Positions 27,365 to 34,360 of a stretch of DNA of 34,360 nucleotides are shown here, piece after piece. The notes under the pieces are model-generated. The model searched no databases. It was given only the letters and a program-made list of their open reading frames with translations, and was not told the DNA's origin. This DNA comes from Candidatus Nealsonbacteria bacterium. GTDB lineage: Bacteria; Patescibacteriota; Minisyncoccia; Minisyncoccales; GWA2-46-15. Positions within the stretch are counted from its first letter, which is position 1. Each line of letters starts with the position of its first letter. A program made the translations under genes and the position numbers. The stretch lies in contig JACQQI010000024.1 in the NCBI GenBank assembly GCA_016207115.1, positions 1-34,360 on the forward strand, read 5' to 3'.

Positions 27365-28981
27365 ATGCACAAAGGCTTGGGTAAGAAAGTTTCAATCGTT
27401 CTCTTTGTCTTGTTGCTTTTGGGAATAGCCCAGGCGGTTTTAGCTATCGAAATCAGCTACCCCCAGATTCCCGGCGTGGAAGCGCCGCAGGATTTCTTAC
27501 CCAAGATTCAATCCGGCCAATATCCGGGCGAACAGGCTCTGCCGCTTTTCGTTAAATACCTCTACGCCCTCGGGCTGGTCGCCAGCACCGTGCTGACCGT
27601 CATCTCTCTCATCTACGGCGGCGTCCTCTACATTCTCTCCGGCTCAAATCCCGGGAAAATGATCGGCGCCAAAGATCAGATCACGACGGCTTTCTTAGGA
27701 CTGGGACTGCTCCTCCTGTCTTACCTCTTCTTGAATATTCTCAATCCCGACTTATTGGTAATGAAGCTGCCGTCGGTCAGTCGGCCCGTTTTTTCGCCGC
27801 CTCCCGATACCCCGCCGCCCGGAGAGGCCGTCTTGGTTTTCTGGGAATTGCCCCTGGGGACGATCTTCAACGACATTTCTAATATTTTCCCTCAGGTCAA
27901 ACCAGCCAGCCAGGACGTCAAAGACAAAGCGGACATCGCCAAACAAGCGTCTCAAGAGTTGGTCGATCTGCTCAACTCCTGTCAATGCCAAAACCTTTCC
28001 CCTCAGTGTTCGAGTCTGACCTGCTCGGCGCTCGCCTGTCTCGGCACGAGAAATAATCTCTGTCCGAACTTGAGCGTAATCGAAGCCAAAAAACAGGACC
28101 TGATGAATAAATTGGGAATTCTTAAAGTTTCCAGGAAAAACTTGGCCATCATCAAATTCAACCTGCAAAAAGAAACGAGCCGTCTCCAGGTGGCCGAGAC
28201 CCTGATGAAAAGCTGCACCTACGTGCCAATTGATTTAAATACGATGCTCGGCCTCAAACAAACGAGCCGGGTCGAAATCAAAAAGCCCTGGTCGGAAACC
28301 GACGCCAAAAACAATCCTTTGTCTTTCTATTGTCAAATGGATGAAGCGTTCGTGACGCAAACGATCTTTGATTGGCGGGAGATGATCGCCCAGCTGGAAT
28401 CGATACTGAACACCGATCCTGACGACATTCCTTTACCGCCGCCTTCTCCCGGCCCGCTGCCCACCGGTACGCCCGGACCCGGTCCGTCGCCGGTTCCCGG
28501 CTTCTCTTTTAACCTGCCTCTGTCCTGGACCTGCCTCACTGATATTTGCAATGTGCGGCGGAGCGTCTATTACTGTCACGAGGGATTAGATTTGTATGCC
28601 GCCGAAAATTCGCCCATCTATGCCGTGGCCGACGGAGAGATAGCGGGCTCGGGCGACTTCACCGCCGACTGTCCGCCCGGAGGCGCTTACGGTCGATGGG
28701 TCGCCGTTAAGCACCAAGTCGGCACTCAGGAAATGACCAGTTTCTATGGTCACCTAAATTCGGTGCTGGTGACTTCCGGCCGCGTCGCTCAGGGCCAAAT
28801 CATCGCCTACAGTGGCAACACCGGTAGTAGCACCGGGCCGCATCTGCATTTCAGCCTGACCGTTAATTTCGCCCCGGGTTGTTTGAATCGAGGTACTCCC
28901 TTAGATCCGCAAAAATGGCTACCGGCCATCGGTTGGTGTTCCGGCTTCAGCGGCACGCCCGATTGTTCTATTTGTCAGTAA
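27365..28981 (+). CDS. Pilin-like module + Cys-rich helical domain + M23 peptidase fusion
   Basis: Signal peptide, two-TM pilin (AKDQI...SYLFLNILNPDL), Pro linker, HEGLD, YGHL, TGPHLHF. Confidence 0.85.
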   Translation: MHKGLGKKVSIVLFVLLLLGIAQAVLAIEISYPQIPGVEAPQDFLPKIQSGQYPGEQALPLFVKYLYALGLVASTVLTVISLIYGGVLYILSGSNPGKMIGAKDQITTAFLGLGLLLLSYLFLNILNPDLLVMKLPSVSRPVFSPPPDTPPPGEAVLVFWELPLGTIFNDISNIFPQVKPASQDVKDKADIAKQASQELVDLLNSCQCQNLSPQCSSLTCSALACLGTRNNLCPNLSVIEAKKQDLMNKLGILKVSRKNLAIIKFNLQKETSRLQVAETLMKSCTYVPIDLNTMLGLKQTSRVEIKKPWSETDAKNNPLSFYCQMDEAFVTQTIFDWREMIAQLESILNTDPDDIPLPPPSPGPLPTGTPGPGPSPVPGFSFNLPLSWTCLTDICNVRRSVYYCHEGLDLYAAENSPIYAVADGEIAGSGDFTADCPPGGAYGRWVAVKHQVGTQEMTSFYGHLNSVLVTSGRVAQGQIIAYSGNTGSSTGPHLHFSLTVNFAPGCLNRGTPLDPQKWLPAIGWCSGFSGTPDCSICQ

Positions 28982-29015
28982 GCGAAGCTTAGCCTTTTCG
29001 TAAACGAAAAGGTAA
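28979..29015 (+). repeat. Repeat family A copy; its first TAA is the upstream stop codon
   Basis: TAAGCGAAGCTTAGCCTTTTCGTAAACGAAAAGGTAA. Confidence 0.85.
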
Positions 29016-29019
29016 AAAC

Positions 29020-30243
29020 ATGAGTACAAGAATATTATTCATTTCTCTCCTCTCTCTTGCCCTGATCGCCATCTCGGGTAGCGTGGCCTTGGCTCAGCAG
29101 AGTCCGGGTGAAAACATCACCTGCCCCCTAGACAAGGAGGTGCCCGTCGGCCAAATCATCAACCAATTGGAATACACCAACGATCAGATATTGAGACAAT
29201 TACAGAGTATCGACGACGCGGCCGTTCGCATTTTGCAAAACGGGAAAAGCTTGACCGAGTTGACCGCCGGCTGTCAAACAAGCAATTGCAATTCTGACTG
29301 CCGATCAGAAGACGTCCCAACTCCCTGCAACGGCACCCCGAGCACCAGCTGTACGCCCGGGTACACCTGCACCTACCAGAGCACGGTCCCGGGCAGCTCC
29401 GCCCCCAATACTAGCTGTACAACCTTGCCGACCACCGGATCTATGACCATCAATCCCTCGGGTTATTACGGTCTTTTTGGCTGGCGCGAAAATAGCGGCT
29501 ACCCTTGTAATCCTTACGACTGTCCCGATTCGAGCTTTAATCCCAACGCTTACTATTGCACGACCGGCGACAATTGTGTCTATCAGAATTACACCCACAC
29601 CGGTCAAGAGATTATCAGCGGAGGCTATTCTCGTCAGAGCTGTGTCAATCTGCCCAATAATTTGAGTATTAATGCGAGCTCGACCTATGCCATCTATCAA
29701 TGGTCCGGCGTCCACGGCGCCGGCTGGTGCAACGTTCTCTGGCCAACTACCACTTGCTACGATACTTGCTATAATGAAGGCGGCTGTAGCGTGGATTGGA
29801 CCTGTACTACTCAGGTCTGCCGACAAGACGCCTGTTCGGGCCAGGCCTGCAATTTCACCGAGATCAGCGCCAAGATGAATACCATTTCCCAATCGACCCA
29901 GACGATCAGGGATTCGAACCAAGCGATCATCGATATTTTCGACAAGAAGGTAGCCGAGTTGCCACTCCTGGGCAATATCTGCCAGATTCCCGGAATCGGA
30001 GTCGTCTGCGACTTCTGTGACATCTTTAGTCTGATCTTTACCGGCTGCAAAACAGAGATTGAAACCATCCTCTCTCTGCTCCAAAAGAGCCTGACCAACG
30101 TCAAAGACTGTTGGAATGACCCGGCCGATTACGAAAAGATCATTTCGGGAGAAAAATCAGGCAAATTCTTGATGAGTTGCGAAGAGCTGAGGCCGGGCGT
30201 CTTAAAAGAATGCTATCCCAATAATTTCTTTTGTTGTAAGTAA
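29020..30243 (+). CDS. Secreted Cys-rich protein
   Basis: Signal peptide (VALA), many Cys, helical heptad segments flanking a Thr/Cys/Tyr-rich insert. Confidence 0.8.
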   Translation: MSTRILFISLLSLALIAISGSVALAQQSPGENITCPLDKEVPVGQIINQLEYTNDQILRQLQSIDDAAVRILQNGKSLTELTAGCQTSNCNSDCRSEDVPTPCNGTPSTSCTPGYTCTYQSTVPGSSAPNTSCTTLPTTGSMTINPSGYYGLFGWRENSGYPCNPYDCPDSSFNPNAYYCTTGDNCVYQNYTHTGQEIISGGYSRQSCVNLPNNLSINASSTYAIYQWSGVHGAGWCNVLWPTTTCYDTCYNEGGCSVDWTCTTQVCRQDACSGQACNFTEISAKMNTISQSTQTIRDSNQAIIDIFDKKVAELPLLGNICQIPGIGVVCDFCDIFSLIFTGCKTEIETILSLLQKSLTNVKDCWNDPADYEKIISGEKSGKFLMSCEELRPGVLKECYPNNFFCCK

Positions 30244-30268
30244 CCTTTTTCACCCCGTAAAAAGGTAA
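30241..30268 (+). repeat. Truncated repeat family A copy (hairpin half only)
   Basis: TAACCTTTTTCACCCCGTAAAAAGGTAA. Confidence 0.6.
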
Positions 30269-30272
30269 TTCC

Positions 30273-31583
30273 ATGCTCAAAAAGAATAAACGAGTTTGTT
30301 TCCAGAAAAATAAACTACTACTCTTCTTCCTTTTGACTGGGACTCTCCTGGCCAGTTTCGTGCTGGCCCAGAAACCGCTGGAGATAACCTATCCCACAAT
30401 CCCCTTGGCCGACACGCCTTCGACAATCAAGACCTCTCTGCCGGCTTACCTCAAATACGTTTTCAACTTTTCCTTGATCGCGGCTGGCATCCTCATCTTC
30501 TTGGCTCTACTCCGGGCGGGATTCAGCCGGCTGACCTCGGTGGCTAATCCCGAAGGCTTAAAGGATAGCAACGACCAATTGATCTCGGCGGTCATCGGCA
30601 CCGTCCTGCTTCTTTCTTCTTATATCATTCTCAATACCCTCAATCCGACGCTGACGGTTCTTAAAATGCCCGGTGCTCGGATCGCTAAAGAGATTCACGT
30701 CTGGAGCAATCCGGGCCGGAGCGGGAACGACATGGGACTCAAGGTGAGCAATCCCGATCTGCCCTCGACCCTCGGATCGAGCGGAGTCCAATATCTGGAG
30801 TTCGTCTCGACTAATGCGGATGAGGTTGACGTCAGCGCCTATCCCGACGTTAACTACGGGGGCACGCCGACGAAGGTGACTACGCCGGGCAACGTCGCCC
30901 TCGCTAGATCTATTTCTCTGGCCTGGAAAATTCCCGGAGTCTATCTCCATTCCGGTACCAGTCTCGGGGGCGAACCAAGGCTCTATCTCTTCAGCCAGGC
31001 CGCCGTGGCCGATTTCAACGACCGAGCTCAGTCGATCCGCCTACTCAATCAGGGCAGCAACCAGTTTGCGGCCGTCCTACACAAAGACCAAAACTTCCAG
31101 GGCGAGTGCGCCGTCGTCTTCAATGATCAGAATAGCCTGAATAATGAGGACGCGACGGGCGGGGGAGTCGTCGGCAATAATCAAACTTCTTCGGTGACCA
31201 TCTTCAAGCCCGACCTCGGACGCCCGGCTTCGGGCAGCGAAGGCGTCACTCTTTTCGGCAAAGATTCCTCGCGGAACAAAGTTGGCGTACGGGCTACCAA
31301 TAATAAAATCACCAGCTTCCCGGTCATGGGAGTCGAAAACGATTCGGTCGATGAAGTCCAAATTCTCGGCAACTATATCGCCGTTCTTTTTGAAAACAAC
31401 AACTTCCGCGGCAAGTGCGCCGTTTTCACCAAGAGCGACGACAATCTGTCTGACGACCCGATCGGCAAATGCCAGGGTTCTCCCTACGGCAACTGTTTCT
31501 GTATCCCCGTCATCAATTGGTGCGTCCCTTGCGAGGGCCCCTGCACCTCTTCTTTCATGGTTTTCCCGATCAAGCCGTTCTAG
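30273..31583 (+). CDS. Pilin-like module + beta/gamma-crystallin-like repeats fusion
   Basis: Pilin SYIILNTLNP; Greek-key motifs AYPDVNYGG, NDRAQSIR, LHKDQNFQGEC, LFENNNFRGKC. Confidence 0.78.
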   Translation: MLKKNKRVCFQKNKLLLFFLLTGTLLASFVLAQKPLEITYPTIPLADTPSTIKTSLPAYLKYVFNFSLIAAGILIFLALLRAGFSRLTSVANPEGLKDSNDQLISAVIGTVLLLSSYIILNTLNPTLTVLKMPGARIAKEIHVWSNPGRSGNDMGLKVSNPDLPSTLGSSGVQYLEFVSTNADEVDVSAYPDVNYGGTPTKVTTPGNVALARSISLAWKIPGVYLHSGTSLGGEPRLYLFSQAAVADFNDRAQSIRLLNQGSNQFAAVLHKDQNFQGECAVVFNDQNSLNNEDATGGGVVGNNQTSSVTIFKPDLGRPASGSEGVTLFGKDSSRNKVGVRATNNKITSFPVMGVENDSVDEVQILGNYIAVLFENNNFRGKCAVFTKSDDNLSDDPIGKCQGSPYGNCFCIPVINWCVPCEGPCTSSFMVFPIKPF

Positions 31584-32047
31584 CCGAGCGGCTTGGGCTT
31601 GATGACCACTCTTCTCTCGGCGCCCTCACCCCGGCTTTCCGTGACCACGTCGGATCGGTCCACCAGGGTCAGGTGGACGATCCGCCTCTCTTGGGCGGAC
31701 ATCGGTGAAAGTTCTTTTTCTATCCTCAGAAGCGAAACTTCGTTGGCCGTCGTGTGAGCTAGCTCTTCGAGGTAGATGTTCTTCTTTCTCTTGTAGCCGT
31801 TGACGTCGAGATCTAAAAAGAACGGCTCAACAATTTTGCGTCGCAAAATCAGGCGAAGGAGGTATTGGATTTCCGTCAAGGTTTGACCTTGTTCCCCAAT
31901 CAACAATTGGGGTATTTCTGTCTCTAAATCAATCTTGAAAGTTTCTCCTTCGAGATCGCTCTCTTTAATTTCGACCTCGAGGGTTGCTTTCTGGAAAAAC
32001 TCCTGGACGGTATTTTTAATTGTGTCTTGTTGTTCTCGGGAAAGCAT
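31580..32047 (-). CDS. jag: Jag/KhpB-like KH + R3H RNA-binding protein (short form)
   Basis: LLIGEQGQTL, LDVNGYK, PMSAQERRIVH, ESRGEGAERRVVI; downstream of yidC. Confidence 0.9.
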   Translation of the reverse strand: MLSREQQDTIKNTVQEFFQKATLEVEIKESDLEGETFKIDLETEIPQLLIGEQGQTLTEIQYLLRLILRRKIVEPFFLDLDVNGYKRKKNIYLEELAHTTANEVSLLRIEKELSPMSAQERRIVHLTLVDRSDVVTESRGEGAERRVVIKPKPLG

Positions 32048-32087
32048 TTTATCTCGGGTTAGACTAAGAAGTGGTGTTTAGTAAATT

Positions 32088-32828
32088 TTATTTACTGCTG
32101 GGTTCGACTAGAGGATATCTCTTGTTCAAAAAATACTGCTGACCAGCGGTCAAAAAAGAAGTGGCCAACCAATAGAGGCCTAGGGCCGAGGGCAGCTTGA
32201 GGAGAATGAAAACGGTCAGGAAGGGCAAAAAAAATATCATCTGCTTTTGGATCATCTTGTTTATCTGGTAGCGCGGATCATCCTTGTCTGTCTGGCCCGG
32301 ATTGAGCGGCGTAACCAGAGACTGCGCCAACTGACCTAGTCCAGCGAGGATCGCCAACCAGAGATTGGGCTGAGAAAGATCGACCAATCCCAGAAACTGA
32401 GGGCTGATTACTTCTGGCCGAACGATAAAACTATAGAGATGATTCTGCTGACCCCAGAGACCGCTCAAAAAAAGCTGGTACAGCGCGATCAGGATGGGGA
32501 ATTGGATCAACAGAGGAACAAAACTACTCCAGGGATTAACTTTTTCTTTCTTAAAGATCTCCGACATGACTCGAGCCTGCTCGGCCGGGCGATCTTTGTA
32601 TTGCTTTTGAGCTTCCTTGAGCTGGGGTTGGATCCGAGCCATGGCCTGCTGCAGCTTAAAAGCCCTGACATTTAAGGGCAGGGTCGAGAGCTTGATGATG
32701 AACGTCAGGGCAATGACAGCCAGGCCCAGGTCGTGTCCGGGCAGAAGGTTATAAATGAGAACCAGGGCGTTGAAGAGTGGCTGGTAAAGAAAAATCTGGA
32801 AGAATTCGCCGATAAAACTGAGGTTCAT
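32088..32828 (-). CDS. yidC: Membrane protein insertase YidC/Oxa1
   Basis: IQPQLKE, PLLIQFPILIALY, LPSALGLYW. Confidence 0.95.
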   Translation of the reverse strand: MNLSFIGEFFQIFLYQPLFNALVLIYNLLPGHDLGLAVIALTFIIKLSTLPLNVRAFKLQQAMARIQPQLKEAQKQYKDRPAEQARVMSEIFKKEKVNPWSSFVPLLIQFPILIALYQLFLSGLWGQQNHLYSFIVRPEVISPQFLGLVDLSQPNLWLAILAGLGQLAQSLVTPLNPGQTDKDDPRYQINKMIQKQMIFFLPFLTVFILLKLPSALGLYWLATSFLTAGQQYFLNKRYPLVEPSSK

Positions 32829-32837
32829 CTGAATAAT

Positions 32838-33218
32838 CTATTTTTTAATAGCGGGCAAACAGCCCGATATATCGTTGGGCGTTATCAAATCGGCTTTTTT
32901 TAAGAAGAAAAGGATCATTTCGGCCGCCTCTCTCAGATCCTTTTTCTCCAGGTCTTTCCGAGCCGACAGGACCAGATCCCAACCGGGCTTGACGAGAAAC
33001 AGATTCGACCTCATCGCCTCTCTGAGTTTTCTTTTTATTCGATTGCGTTGACTGGCCCGGTTAAATGTTTTCTTGCTAGCCAGAAAGCCGAAACGACTGA
33101 AAGAATGATCATTGCCGACAAACTTTATGGAGAGAAACTGATTATTTTGACTTCGGCCATTTTTCAAGACGTGCGCGAAGTCGCGTTTTTGTCTTAAGCG
33201 ATGACGACTCGGCAGCAT
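32838..33218 (-). CDS. rnpA: Ribonuclease P protein component
   Basis: RL...DF, RFGFLASKK, RNRIKRKLRE; position between rpmH and yidC. Confidence 0.95.
   Translation of the reverse strand: MLPSRHRLRQKRDFAHVLKNGRSQNNQFLSIKFVGNDHSFSRFGFLASKKTFNRASQRNRIKRKLREAMRSNLFLVKPGWDLVLSARKDLEKKDLREAAEMILFFLKKADLITPNDISGCLPAIKK
32848..32885 (-). repeat. Repeat family B copy inside the rnpA 3' coding end
   Basis: ATAACGCCCAACGATATATCGGGCTGTTTGCCCGCTAT, translated as ITPNDISGCLPA. Confidence 0.85.
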
Positions 33219-33238
33219 GGCCTTTAAATCTCGTAAGA

Positions 33239-33373
33239 TTAGACCGTTAATCTTTTCCTTTCCTTTCGCCGCCGACGAGCGATGACTCTTCGACCGACCG
33301 AAGTCCGGCTTCTCTTTAGAAAACCGTGTACCCTACTTCTCTTCCTTTTTTTGGGTTGATAGGTAATAGACAT
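33239..33373 (-). CDS. rpmH: 50S ribosomal protein L34 (not in ORF track)
   Basis: [44 protein letters not shown]. Confidence 0.97.
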   Translation of the reverse strand: MSITYQPKKRKRSRVHGFLKRSRTSVGRRVIARRRRKERKRLTV

Positions 33374-33398
33374 ATCAATTAAATTAGATTCATCAAAT

Positions 33399-33427
33399 AG
33401 TCTAGCAAATTCTTATCGATAACGCAA
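33399..33427 (-). promoter_or_regulatory. rpmH promoter; its -35 lies inside a family B repeat
   Basis: TTGCGT-N17-TAGACT with an extended TG. Confidence 0.6.
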
Positions 33428-33455
33428 AGAGATATATCGTGCTCTTCGTGACATA
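33419..33455 (-). repeat. Repeat family B copy (short-hairpin variant)
   Basis: TATGTCACGAAGAGCACGATATATCTCTTTGCGTTAT. Confidence 0.7.
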
Positions 33456-33632
33456 AAGAGGCGCATCGAATCTCGTCCTTTGCAATAATTACTGCGCCTC
33501 GCCCCAACAAGATTAAAAATTGCTATTATTTCGGATCAGTTTTTCTGTTAATTTGACCTCGGCGCCATTGTCAACGATTATTCCACTCTTTGTCCACAAC
33601 TTGTTAAGACGGGGGGTGGGTTTGATCTCTTT
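33456..33632. other. Candidate oriC or DnaA-regulated region
   Basis: rpmH-dnaA intergenic position; one near-consensus DnaA box TTGTCCACA (33590-33598); AT-rich stretch around 33481-33555. Confidence 0.4.
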
Positions 33633-33661
33633 TTGCCCTTTCTCGAGCCGAAAGATATAAT
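33633..33661 (+). promoter_or_regulatory. dnaA promoter
   Basis: TTGCCC-N17-TATAAT. Confidence 0.7.
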
Positions 33662-33732
33662 AACGAGCAGGAGCTCGATATATCGGGCAATCTTGCCCGC
33701 TATGACGAATACGATATATCGCTTTGCGCTAT
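33660..33732 (+). repeat. Repeat family B, two tandem copies sharing a TAT, in the dnaA leader
   Basis: ATAACGAGCAGGAGCTCGATATATCGGGCAATCTTGCCCGC-TAT-GACGAATACGATATATCGCTTTGCGCTAT. Confidence 0.85.
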
Positions 33733-33753
33733 AAATAATCTCGCGTCTTCTCG

Positions 33754-34360
33754 GTGACAAACGAAGAACTCTGGCAAACCGTCCTGGCTCAAGTCCAACT
33801 GGTCATTTCCCCAGCGAATTTTGCTACTTGGTTCAGGCAAACGGCCATCATTTCGCACAAAGACGGTGAAATTATCGTTTCCGTTCCTAATTCTTTCTCT
33901 CGGGAATGGCTCAAGAACAAATATCATAAACTAATCACTAAAATCATCAGCGAACAAGAAAGTGGCGTTAAAGAGATTAAATACGCCATTGGTTCGGGAA
34001 TCCATCCTGCCCCAGAGAAAAAAGTGGCTCCGGCGACGTCAACGGGAGAGCAAATGGACTTTCAAGAGCTTAAAATTGATAGAGAAACCAGCCTGAATCC
34101 GCGCTACCTCTTCGATAATTTCATCGTCGGCTCTTTTAACGAGTTGGCTCATGCGGCTGCGACCGCCGTCGCCAAAACGCCGGGCGAAGTCTATAATCCC
34201 TTGTTCATCTACGGCGGGGTAGGACTGGGGAAAACTCATCTCCTGCAGGCGGTGGGAAACGAGGTGACCAAAAACTTTGGCAAGAAAAGCATCAAGTACC
34301 TGCCCGCCGAAAGGTTCGTTTCTGAAATCGTTGGCGCCATCCGAAACCATCAGATTGAAT
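33754..34360 (+). CDS. dnaA: Chromosomal replication initiator DnaA (5' part, runs off the window; not in ORF track)
   Basis: GTG start, MTNEELWQTVL...FATWF...LNPRYLFDNFIVGSFN...YNPLFIYGGVGLGKTHL. Confidence 0.97.
   Translation, partial: MTNEELWQTVLAQVQLVISPANFATWFRQTAIISHKDGEIIVSVPNSFSREWLKNKYHKLITKIISEQESGVKEIKYAIGSGIHPAPEKKVAPATSTGEQMDFQELKIDRETSLNPRYLFDNFIVGSFNELAHAAATAVAKTPGEVYNPLFIYGGVGLGKTHLLQAVGNEVTKNFGKKSIKYLPAERFVSEIVGAIRNHQIE

Noticed and set aside
19825-31583. Integrative conjugative element or prophage
   Set aside because: No integrase, relaxase, phage structural genes or att-like direct repeats; flanked by core genes.
29020-31583. Diversity-generating retroelement target
   Set aside because: No reverse transcriptase and no template/variable repeat pair differing at adenines was seen.
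31580-33218. Absence of yidD and short Jag lacking the N-terminal domain
   Set aside because: Ordinary variation in reduced genomes.
33374-33753. Confident oriC call
   Set aside because: Only one near-consensus DnaA box found by eye, and GC skew cannot be judged from this window; kept as a low-confidence candidate.

Overview
Origin-proximal chromosomal segment that looks like a Patescibacteria/CPR (Parcubacteria-like) genome. The taxon is inferred from gene content, protein style and scarce Shine-Dalgarno sites; the standard code 11 fits. Left to right: a CsoR-type metal module (csoR, a small YHS/TRASH protein missed by the ORF track, a CcdA-like protein and a CxxxC redoxin); housekeeping genes (rny, clpP, hppA, nusA, cca, miaB, rpsO-NYN-pnp, dksA-like, LysM-M23, rsmA); five tRNAs; a relaxase-free T4SS-like locus (VirB6-like, PrgI, VirB4) followed by pilin-fused and Cys-rich surface proteins and interrupted by an SPFH cassette; then jag-yidC-rnpA-rpmH and the start of dnaA. 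Two signals are not explained by standard annotation. (1) Three families of ~33-52 nt dispersed hairpin repeats (13 full copies plus 2 fragments), mostly bounded by TAA or TAT direct repeats; some are tandem, overlap promoters, or are translated as C-terminal tails of RnpA and NusA. (2) A modular set of T4SS-pilin/cargo fusion proteins, plus a Cys-stapled helical scaffold that carries a variable insert.
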